DNA of 64,000 bases from NCBI RefSeq assembly GCF_009914755.1, contig NC_060940.1; one strand, 5' to 3'. A program made the translations under genes and the position numbers. The DNA comes from the human T2T-CHM13v2.0 reference genome, Homo sapiens. The notes beneath the pieces were generated by a model. That model was not told where the DNA came from. It saw nothing but the letters and a program-made list of their open reading frames with translations, and ran no database searches. This document shows, in pieces, positions 50,071 to 64,000 of the stretch (positions are counted from its first letter, which is position 1; each line of letters opens with the position of its first letter).

Positions 50071-52798
50071 GAAATGCCTATTTTTCCCACTAAATACAAG
50101 CTCCCTAAGGCTAGATCTTCATTTGCCTTGTTCACTCTTGTATCCTCCTATAAGAATACAAACTTGATAAATACTATATTTATTAAATCCTAAATGCTAA
50201 AATATCTTTAAAAAAATTGAATTGTCCTTTCCAAAGCACACAAAATAAAGGTGTACCAGCTGCTCACCAACAGCTATGGAAAAAGGGTGTCAGAACTCAA
50301 CCCAGTTCTCTCTTCTACCCTGCCCAGATAACGTTCTCCCTGCTTTAGAACTCACACTGCCCACTGTGCACTTTCAGCTACTGACAGCCAACTATCAAGG
50401 ACACAACCAAAAAGCTGGAGCTTCTGCAACTATGTGGTCAGTCTTCCCCTAACAGACCTCAAGTTATTTGAGCTCTAAATCTAAAAACAAAATTCTAAAA
50501 CTTAACTTTTCAACATTAAAATCACCTATTTTTCTATCCAACAAAGATTGTACTTGAAGAAGTCTTTCTGGCTAAACAATGAGAAAAGACCCAAGCAAAT
50601 AAGCAAGACTTCAATTAACTTCACCACTGACTACTGTGTCAGTCACAGAATGTCAGTCTAGCTGAGAATGTTCAAGGGATGTAAGTTAACATCAGGCAAA
50701 ACCCTCCAAAGAAGTTACCATGCTTTCCCTCTTGCATTCTCCAGATGGCCTATATTTTTATATTATGGGCCATACAGAACCCCTATTTCAGATTTTTATT
50801 TCATATGTATATCTGAGTTGCTTTAACGCCATTTACAACCTGCAAAATACTATGACTAGAATGTGACACTAGAAAAGCTTAAATCAAATCAACTGATTGT
50901 ATTATGCTTCAATCAGACTTTTACTTTACAATACATCTTATTCTGGCTATCATTACACTGATCTAGCCTAGCTGGTTTTCTCACTGCCTGTGTTTTTGTG
51001 GTTTTCTTTCTTTTGAGGGGAGTAGAGGGGTGCATACCTATTTCCCCTATATGAAGAAATGTGTTCACAGAAGGGAAATGGTCTACAGTGAATAAACGGA
51101 AAAGACCAGAGTTAGAACTTCACTGTTTGAATAGGAGAGATTAAATCTGGGGATAGGCCAGGCGTGGTGGCTCACGCCTGTAATCCCAGCACTTTGGGAG
51201 GCCGAGGCAGGTAGACTGCTCAAGTCCAGGAGTTCAAGACCAGCCTGAGCAACATGGCGACACCCAGTCTCTACTAAAAATACAAAAATTAGTTGGGAGT
51301 GGTGGCGCATGCGTCTGTAGTCCTAGCTATTCGGGAGGCTGATGTGGGAGGATCACTTGAGCCAAGGGGACTTGGGTTGCAGTGAGCTGAGATCGAATCA
51401 CTGCACTCCAGCCTGGGTTGTGAAGTAAGACCGTCTCAAAAATAATAATAATACAATGAAATAAATCTGGGGATAAGTATTCTGGTCTTTAGAGAGGCAA
51501 ACAGCATTGTAAGACAAGCATAATTCTTTGATCAGGTTTCACCATGGCTTAAAATGACAAAACACTCAAGACCAACTTTATATGGTCTGTTTCAGGCTCA
51601 CAGTGCAACTTTCTGATTATTAAATACTTCCTTAAGCGCCTCAACTCCCAAGTACCTCCATACAAGGAATAGTGTCCTGTGGAATGCAGACACAAGTAAT
51701 TCAGGAGAAAAGCATATCCCCCCCTTGTGAATTACAATACTACAGTATTATTATAACTTACAAATCAGTGTGTTTGATTGGTCTCAATCACCCCTAGGAG
51801 ATGAACTACTAAAATGGAATTTCTGGATCTTCAAGGCTAAAGAATAGGCTGTGGAATGTAGGATCACATTGAGATACCACCCCACCCTGTCTAGGCAGCC
51901 AGCTGGCATCCCTCTAAGAGGACTTAAGTTCAATTCTCCCTAAATTGTCACAGTAATTACAGGAATCTTATTTTATGCTTAATTATCCATAACCAAAATT
52001 CACCAGAACTGAGATCTAAAAAGCAGATGTCTATAAATGCAAACATGCCTACTGAACAATTCAACAGCACTGAGATGCATAAAAAGCAGACTGGGCACAG
52101 TGGCTCAGGCCTGTAATCCCAGCACTCTGGGAGGCCGAGGAGGGCAGAATGCTTGATTCCAGGAGTTCAAGACCAGCCTAGGCAACACAGCAAGACCCTG
52201 ACTCTTAAAAAAAAAATTACATATATATATATATATGTATGTATATGTATATAAGCATGAAAAGCAATAAAGGCCAAGTAAACAATGATCGCTAAACAAG
52301 ACAAACATCTAATCTGACACTAATGAAATAAAAAAAAATTTCATTCTCCCAACCATAATCTTATTAGCAAAACCATACTAAAGTACTCTCAATTCAAGAA
52401 GTATCATCAAATTCTCAAAACGAAAATTTGGCTTAAAGACATGACCCAAAGGGTATAATTAATGTTGAAGGAGGTTATCTGATGTAAATATGGATGCCTT
52501 TTTAACTTCTATATATAGTCTGCTATCTTTCAAGTAATGAGCATGTAAAACTTGGAATAAAACTTGCTTTGAAAAAAAGCAAACAAATTAACAAAAACGT
52601 ATAAATAAAGCAACTGTAAACTTTCAAACCTAGTAAGGTGTCATTCATTCCAGAAAAACTTATCTAAGTGTACTCTTCCCTAGGATGACAAGCAGAAACA
52701 TTAGAAAGTTACTTAATATAGCCGGAGACGGTGGCTCACCCCTGTAATCCCAGCACTTTGGGAGGCTGAGGTAGGCAGATCATGAGGTCAGGAGTTCA

Positions 52799-53011
<213 letters not shown>

Positions 53012-53712
53012 TTACTTAATACTAAGATGACAAATTTTCCCTAGCATATTCTTCATGAATCCAAGTTCTATTAATTCTGGATATACAAGGAGAGTGGGGG
53101 AGTTGTCCAAAGAAAATTAAAGATGGTATAATATTTACTTTTAATTAATGTATCTGATATTAACTAGTTAGAAATGGAGGGTAAACAGTCCCATTGACAA
53201 TAGTGTCAAAATAAAATACGTAGGAATAAATTTAGTAAGAAAGGTATAGGAACTATACGAAAAAAACTACGAAATCTATAAAATATTTGTTGAAAGACCT
53301 AAAATAAACTTGAACAAACAGACACACACTACAGCAAGGAAAAATTATCATCAAAAACTGTTAAGGCTGGGTGCGGTGGCTCACGCCAGTAATCCCAACA
53401 CTTTAGAGGCCAAGGTGGGAGGATCACTTGAGGCCATGAGTTAGAAACCAGCCTGGGCAATACAGTGAGACTGTGTCTCTACACTGCCTCCCAGATTCAA
53501 GCAATTCTCCTGCCTTACCCTACCGAGTAGCCAGGACTATAGGCGCGTGCCACCACGCTCAGCTAATTTTTTTGTATTTTTAGTAGAGACAAGGTTTCAC
53601 CTTGTTAGCTAGGATGATCTCAGTCTCCTGACCTCGTGATCCGCCAGCCTCGGCCTCCCAAAGTGCTGGGATTACAGGCATGAGCCACTGCACCCAGCTG
53701 GAATGGATTCTA

Positions 53713-54171
<459 letters not shown>

Positions 54172-54882
54172 CTACAGGAGGAAAAAAAAAGAGAAAGAAA
54201 AATGAAGCAAGGACATGAGCAGACAATTCTCGGTAAAGGAAATCCAATGGCTATTATACGTATCAAATAAGGCTAGCCCCAGTAACAGGGAAGTTAAAAT
54301 TAAGACAAACTGCATGACCCATTTATCATCTAGCAGACTAGTAAAAATTAAACTATGTATTTATACCCAGTGGTTTCATGATATGGAGAAGTTACTGCTA
54401 TTTGGGATGAAAATTATGATAACCTATTTAGAGAGTAATCTAGCAATAATAATATTTAAAATATATTTCTCTGTTAACCCAGAATTCCCCCTTTGGAGAC
54501 TACAGAAATAAAAGCATCAGCATATAAGGCGGCATGTACAAGGATATTTATTGTAGCACTTTGTTAAGTGGCAAAAATCTAGAAATGATCTAAATGTCCA
54601 CAGGAAAATAATAAATTATGGTACATCCATGCTATAAGACACAATAGGACTGTTTAAAGGAACAAGATAGAATTATATTTACTGTGGGCTGAGTGCAGTG
54701 GCTCACACCTGTAATCTCAGCACTTTGGGAGGCCACAGGAGGCAGACTGCTCAAGTCCAGGAGTTTGAGACCAGCCTGAGCAATACAGCTATATCTCATC
54801 TCTTATTAAAAAACTAATAGGCTGGGAGCGGTGGCTCACACCTGTAATCCCAGCACTTTGGGAGGCCAAGGTAGGCGGATCA

Positions 54883-55152
<270 letters not shown>

Positions 55153-55399
55153 TCACGCCTGTAACCCCAGCACTTTGGGAGGCCGATGCAGGCAGATTGC
55201 TCAAGCCCAGGAGTTCGAGATCAGCCTGAGCAACATAGCAAAATGTCATCTTTTAAAAAAATAATAATAAAGAATTATATTGCCGGGCACGGTGGCTCAC
55301 GCCTGTAATCCCAGCACTTTGGGAGGCCGAGGCAGGTGGATCACGAGGTCAGGAGATCAAGACCATCCTGGTTAACATGGTGAAACTCTGTCTCTACTA

Positions 55400-55661
<262 letters not shown>

Positions 55662-55810
55662 TGAGGTCGGGAGTTCAAAACCAGCCTGACCAACATGGAG
55701 AAACACCCCCGTCTCGGGTCGGGTGCGGGGGCTCACGCCTTTAATCCTAGCACTTTGGGAGGCCAAGGTGGGCAGATCACGAGGTCAGGAGATGGAGACC
55801 ATCCTGGCTA

Positions 55811-56190
<380 letters not shown>

Positions 56191-56734
56191 TCAAAAAAAC
56201 AAAACAAAAATGAATTATATTGGCTGGGCGCGGTGGCTCATGCCTGCAATCCCAGCACTTTGGGAGGCCAAGGCAGGCAGATCACTTAAGGTCAGGAGTT
56301 TGATACCAGCCAGGCCAACATGGCGAAACCTCATCTCTACTAAAAATACAAAAATTATCTGGGTGTGGTGGCAGGTGCCTATAATCCCAGCTACTCTGAA
56401 GTCTGAGGCAGGAGAATCACTGAACCCAGGAGGCGGAGATTCCCACCACCTGGGTGACAGGGTAAGACTCCATCTCAAAAAAAACAAACAAACAAAAAAA
56501 AAGAATTATATTTACTGACCATGACATGTTAAAAAACAAAAAAAGCGTGTCATAGAGTAATATAAATAATATGATCTCTCTTTAGTAAAAACAAAAAATT
56601 CCTATGTACACTTACGTGAGTATGTACAGTACTTAACTAAGCATTGAGAGAAATATTGAAGCGTAAATTCATTCATAATCTGTTAAAATTTGGGGTTAAA
56701 ATTAAGACTGTCATAGAACAGATGATGTAACACT

Positions 56735-57295
<561 letters not shown>

Positions 57296-57812
57296 TGGTT
57301 GAAAGAGCTAACTTATATAAATGATTATACAGTTGTACAACTCAAAGTAAAAGGAGTTCCATTAGTGTTTTTACAGCTCAAGTTAGTGAACCTATTTAAC
57401 TAAACCTCAAAACTAAACAACTGAAAAAGTGTTCAGTCTTAAAAGGAAGCAAAAGAAGCGTTTTTTACTTACCTCTTTTTTTTGAGACAGTCTATCTCTG
57501 TCACCCAGGCTGGAGTGCAGTGGCACAGTCTTAGCTCACTGCAGCCTTGAACTCCTGGGTTCAAGTGATCTTCCTGCCTCAGGCTCCCAGGCAGCTAAGG
57601 CTACTGGCAAAGACACCACAACCCAGCTACTTTAAAAAATTTTGGGCCAGGCGCGGTAGCTCATGCCTGTAATCCCGGCACTTTGGGAGGCCGAGGTGGG
57701 TGGATCACCTGAGGTCAGGAGGTCAAGACCAGCCTGTCCAACATGGTGAAACCCCATCTCTACTAAAAGTACAAAAATTAACTGGGCATGGTGGCGGGCG
57801 CCTGTAATTCTA

Positions 57813-58127
<315 letters not shown>

Positions 58128-59232
58128 TTAGCCAGGCTCGGTGGCTCACACCTATAATCCCAGCACTTTGGGAGGCTGAAGCAGGTGAATCACCTGAGGT
58201 CAGGATTTCGAGACCAGCCTGGCCAACGTGACAAAACCCCGTCTCCACTAAAAATACAAAAAGTAGCCAGGTACAGTGGTGCACGCCTGCAGTCCCAGCT
58301 ACTCGGGAGGCTGAGCACAAGAATCGCGGGAACCCAGGAGGTAGAGGCTGTAGTAAGCTGAGATGGCACCACTGCACTCCAGCCTGGGTGACAGAGTGAG
58401 ACTCTGTCTCAAAAAGAATAAATAAATAAATAATAAGATGTTTTTATTTATAAATTACAAAAGTCACATGTATTTTTTCCTCATCTTTTAAAAAAATGAC
58501 TTCTTCCTTCTAAACCTACTTAATTTGTTGCCAACATTTATGATTTACTAATTAAATCTCTCCAATGGTCTGAGTAGGCTTTTTTTTAAAGTAAAATTTC
58601 CAAGTACCTAGTGAAAAAAAGCATTTCTCATTTCAATCATCTCATCCTAAACCTTGCCCTTTTATGCTAAAGTGTTAGTTAATGCTGACTCAACACATTT
58701 GGCAAGTGAGTTTTTTTTCTCCCACTTCTGGACCCTTCAAACTTTAACCAGTTTTTCCAGCAACCAAAACGCATGCCATATTAAGTGTATTGTGTTACTA
58801 GGTCAGTGAAGAAAAAAACTTAACACGTATCTTCAAAGTAAAAATGACACCTCATTCATGCCTGTAATCCCAGCACTTTGGGAGGCCAAGGCTGGTGGAT
58901 CACTTGAGCCCAGGAATTCAAGATCAGCCTGGTCAACAGGGTGAAGCCCTGTCTCTACTAAAAATACAAAAATTAGCTAGGCATGGTGGCGCACACCTGT
59001 AGTCCCAGCTACTCGGGAGGCTGAGGCAGAAGAATTGCTTGAACCAGGGGGCGGAGGTTGCAGTAAGCAGAGATGGCTCCGATGCACTCCAGCCTGGGCA
59101 ACAGAGGAGGACTCCGTCTCAAAAAAAAAAAAAAAAAAGACACCTCTTTTCCCTTTTCTATTTCTTGACCTCATTGAAATAAAATTTTCTATACAAAAAG
59201 GCAACTGTAAAAATGCTACTACATTTTGATAA

Positions 59233-59439
<207 letters not shown>

Positions 59440-60097
59440 TAACCATGTTGGCCAGGATGGTCTCGATCTCCTGACCTCGTGATCCACCCGCCTCGGCCTC
59501 CCAAAGTGCTGGGATTACAGGCATGAGCCACCTCGCCCAGCCAACAAAGATCATTTCAAAACCTGTAAGCCAAGAAATACAAAAGATTTCTATATGCTCT
59601 CTTAATTTTTTTTTTTTTTTTTGAGACAGAGCCTCCATCTGTCACCCAGGCTGGAGTGCAGTGGCGTGATCTCAGCTCACTGCAACCTCCACCTCCCTGT
59701 TCAAGCAATCCTCCCACCTGAGCCTCCTAAGTAGCTGGGAATGCAGGTGCGCATCACCATGCCCGGCTAACTTCTGTATTTTTAGTACAGACGGGATTTC
59801 ATCATGTTGACCAGGCTAGTATCAAACTCCTGACCTCAAGTGATCCGCCTGCCTCGGCCTCCCAAAGTGCTGGGATTACAGGCATGAACCACTGCACCAG
59901 CCTGCTCTCTTAAGTTTAAAATTGCTTGTGGGCAAGGCATGGTGGCACACACCTTTAATACCAGCACTTTGGGAGACAGAGGTGGGAGGACCTCTTGAGC
60001 CCAGGAATTTGAAACCAGCCTGGGCAACATGGCGAATCCCCGTCTCCACAAAAAAATAATAAATCAGGCGGCACATGCCTACAGTCCCAGCTACTTA

Positions 60098-60208
<111 letters not shown>

Positions 60209-60424
60209 TCAATCAATCAATAAAAATAAAATTGCTTGTTACTTATAAGCTGAGAGGAGTTGAAAAAAAATTGTTTGCTACTTTCAACATTATTCTGCAT
60301 TAGAAACTGAGTAAAAGCAACAGAGAATAAAGAAAGCCAAAATCAAGAACCGAAAACAGACTGAACGCAGTGGCTCCTCCTGCCTGTAATCCCAGCACTT
60401 TGGGAGGCCAAGGTGGGTGGATCA

Positions 60425-60700
<276 letters not shown>

Positions 60701-62276
60701 TTACAAACACCTAAAACAGTATTTTTAAATGTTCTGAAGCTCTAAGTAAGAGTTTTAAAGTTTTGATAGCAATTAAGTCCTGCTATATACACAAAATTTT
60801 AAAATCCTCATCAAATGCAAATAAGGGGATTAAGCATTGTGGAAAATCTGTTTTGGTATGTAGATTGCCAATTCAATTTTTTTAATTAAAAATAATATCT
60901 TGGAAAATACTCATTCAACTTTTTAAATTTGTATAAATTAAAAGTTTTGGCCAGGTGAGGTGGCTCACACCTGTAATCTCAGCACTTTGCGAGGCCGAGG
61001 CAAGAGGATTGCTTGAGCCCAGCCTGGGCAACATGACAAAACACTATCTATACAAAAAATACAAAAATTAGCCCTGCGTGGTAGCACACGCCTGTAGTCC
61101 CAGCTACGTGGAGGGCTGAGGCAGGAGGATCGCTTGAGTCCAGGAGGTCCAGGCTGCAGTGAGCTGAGACCACTGCACTCCAGCCTGGGCAACAGAGTGA
61201 GACCCTGTCTCAAACAATAAAAATAATAAAAAAAAAAAAAGAGTTTTTATAAATCATAAAGAAGTTGGTTTTGTTTGCATACCACTGATTTTTAAAACTC
61301 CTTTTTTAAATAAACACTGGGGTGAAATATCACCAAGGCATTCCTGGCAAATTCTGTACTTTATAGTTTCACTCTAAAATCTGCCCTCAAATCTAGAACT
61401 GCTATCAATGACAGAGGTCAGACCAAAGAACAAGCAACTGCCCCCAAAAGAAAACGGAGGTTTCCTAAACGCAAAGCAGACATTCAAATATGCACTGATC
61501 AATGGTGCACTAAACAACACTTTGCTAGGAATTTGTTAAGGCAAAAGGACCCTTTCTACAGTGAATGCAAACTATCTAAGAATGAATTTTTAAAAGTTTA
61601 ATATTTTTAAATATTTTGGTAGAGACGGAGTCTCATTAGGTTGCCCAGGCTGGCCTCCAACTCCTGGGCTCAAGGGATCCACCTTCCACCTCCCAAAGTG
61701 TTGGGATTACAAGCATGAGCCACTGAGCGCCCGCCTGAATGACATTTAAATACCAATATATTAAAGCATGAAAAACACTGAGTTAACTAACATCTATGTG
61801 ATAGCTCTTCTAACACCTTACTTGAAAAGTCTAAGTCAGAAATGGAACATTTCAGTAGTAACTGCGAGGGCATACTTACTAAATGAGTGAGCATTACATA
61901 GGTGTTCAGTGTTTGACAGTTCCTTTAAACCAAAAGAGAAAATTCCATTGCTTCAGGGTAATACAGAACTCACGTATCTAATAGTAACTAATATATTTTT
62001 GAAAAATCTGCTTAAATAACAAGATCACTGAGTATTTAAACTGAAAATATTGTTTTCTTCTGAGACATCATATGACCTATAGAGGAATTTATCTACAATC
62101 TCATTTCAATAACCTGATAATAATAATGCATCTATAAGTGGCTTAGCAATATTAAAAAGCTTGACTCAATTCAAGTTATAAATTTAAACTTCAACCACTA
62201 GACTGTGATCTCAAATAAGTTAATTTCTCTTTTGCAGATGTGAAAACCCAGGCTGAGATGAAATAAGGGTGATTCA

Positions 62277-62690
<414 letters not shown>

Positions 62691-63219
62691 TTAGAATAAA
62701 AGTGACGAGATTACGAGTACTTAGAGGGTTCATATTTTTCAAACGTGAAAGTTAGGGTGTGTGACAAGTTAGGTATTTGACAAGTATTCTAGGGAACGGT
62801 GGAAGTGAATATTTAAAATTCAGCTATCCCCAGAAAAACCCAATACATGAAATCATTACAAGTATTTTTTAGAATCAGTCAGCAAAGATCATTACTGTAC
62901 AAACACTTCAAAGTTAAGGTCACTAAGAAAGCACTAACTCCTCCCTTCTGTTAACTAATCACTGTAAAGCAGCCCAACTCTCCTTTCTACCTACCTCAGA
63001 TTAATATTTTTCTCCATGGACAGATTTCCGTGCTCAGGGATATATAATAGGGGAGAAAAAAAAATACCACACAAGTGTCAGTAAGCACCAAAAAGCTAAG
63101 TATTCAGCACAGGGAGGGAATCCACATATGAGAAAACATTTGACAGCTCTTGCCTCCCAAAAGCCATTTAATCTGCTTCATAAACATAATCTGCTTCATA
63201 AACATTACCCTGAGCGAGT

Positions 63220-64000
63220 GGTTCGATGGATCTCCTACACCGAGTCCTAACCGGGAAACACAATCAACCGAACCGTCCCGACTCTTTCAGGCAATCAGGA
63301 AGACCGGGAGAATTATTAGACGCTGACGTCCGCAGGGCCAGGAGCTGAGAAAAGGGTAAACAGTATACTCGCAGGTAGGTTGAAAAAAACAAAACAACAA
63401 CAAACATATACACACACACACGAAAAATTGGGAAAGAAGTTGGTCGGAAGGTTAGAGAGAGGCGAGGCCGATGTCCGGTTCCGAGAGGACGGCACTGCAG
63501 GGGCAGGCAGCGATTAACTGGGCATTTGGATATGCTGGGAGTTATCTGACAGACCTGACACGGGTACAAGACACAAGAACGCTGATACGTGGCTCAGAGA
63601 AGACACGCGGGGGTGGGGCCCGCCCCGCTAAACCCCAGGCTCCCTGAATGAGCCCTCAAAGATCGCAGCCTGAGAAAGTCAAGGGTTCAAGGAGGCCCGT
63701 ACCGGCGGGGCAACGCCACAACACGGAACGCCGCGGCGCGCGGAACCTCCCGGTCCGAGGCCTCGGGGTCGGCCCTCCAGAAGTCGGAGCAGCCCCTGGG
63801 GCTCCCGGCCTCTCCTGGCCCAGCTTCTCTGTCTTCTCTTCTCAACACCCACAGCCTGGGACTGGACCCCTGAAACTGAAAGGAAGCTTCCGGTCGAGCG
63901 CCCGCGGCAGCGGCGGGGCAAAAGCAGCAATATGCTCTCAGCGCCGGGAGTGACACTCACCGGCCCGAAACCTCGAATGAAACCAGCAGCTCCGGGGGCG
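63220..64000. promoter_or_regulatory. CpG island / promoter-proximal region of AP1G1
   Basis: GC and CpG content rise sharply relative to the rest of the window. GC-box-like GGGGTGGGGCCCGCCCC at ~63610-63626 and CRE-like TGACGTC at 63324-63330. Confidence 0.85.
63961..64000 (-). other. AP1G1: AP1G1 exon 1 (5' UTR, partial; continues beyond the window)
   Basis: Minus strand reads ...GGTTTCGGGCCG|gtgagt, a consensus donor (GT at 63960-63959) inside a CpG island. Splicing to exon 2 gives CCG-AGG-ATG with A at -3. Confidence 0.85.

Noticed and set aside
63264-63960. GC-rich ORFs of ~90-100 aa in the CpG island
   Set aside because: Stop codons are rare in GC-rich DNA. There is no recognisable homology, and I found no in-frame ATG-to-donor path into exon 2.

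Overview
This window is primate, almost certainly human, genomic DNA covering the 5' ~80% of the coding sequence of AP1G1 (AP-1 adaptor complex gamma-1 subunit) on the minus strand. It runs from the 3' end of non-coding exon 1 in a CpG island at the right edge, through 18 constitutive coding exons (exons 2-19, c.1-1999 of the 822-aa isoform). All splice sites are GT-AG and the phases join into one open frame, [10 protein letters not shown]...[12 protein letters not shown]. The last exons lie left of the window. Three things are embedded in the introns: a 9-nt alternative microexon (N-E-K) with SRRM4-type UGC and RBFOX UGCAUG flanking motifs, the box C/D snoRNA SNORD71 (guide for 5.8S rRNA) with an extra external stem, and a sense-oriented processed pseudogene of parathymosin (PTMS). 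The introns also hold more than 60 Alu pieces, many nested, plus old L1, L2, MIR, MER21-like LTR, MER58, MER33 and Tigger4 fragments. Nearly all ORFs in the supplied track are Alu or simple-repeat artefacts. I found no convincing wholly new gene system. The most testable ideas are a stop-free, ATG-containing exon-2 (or exon 2-4) circRNA bracketed by inverted Alus, a recursive-splice-type exon 16, a chimeric fold-back Alu and a serial Alu insertion hotspot. Gene, snoRNA and repeat-family names come from recalled sequences, not a database search, and repeat boundaries are approximate.
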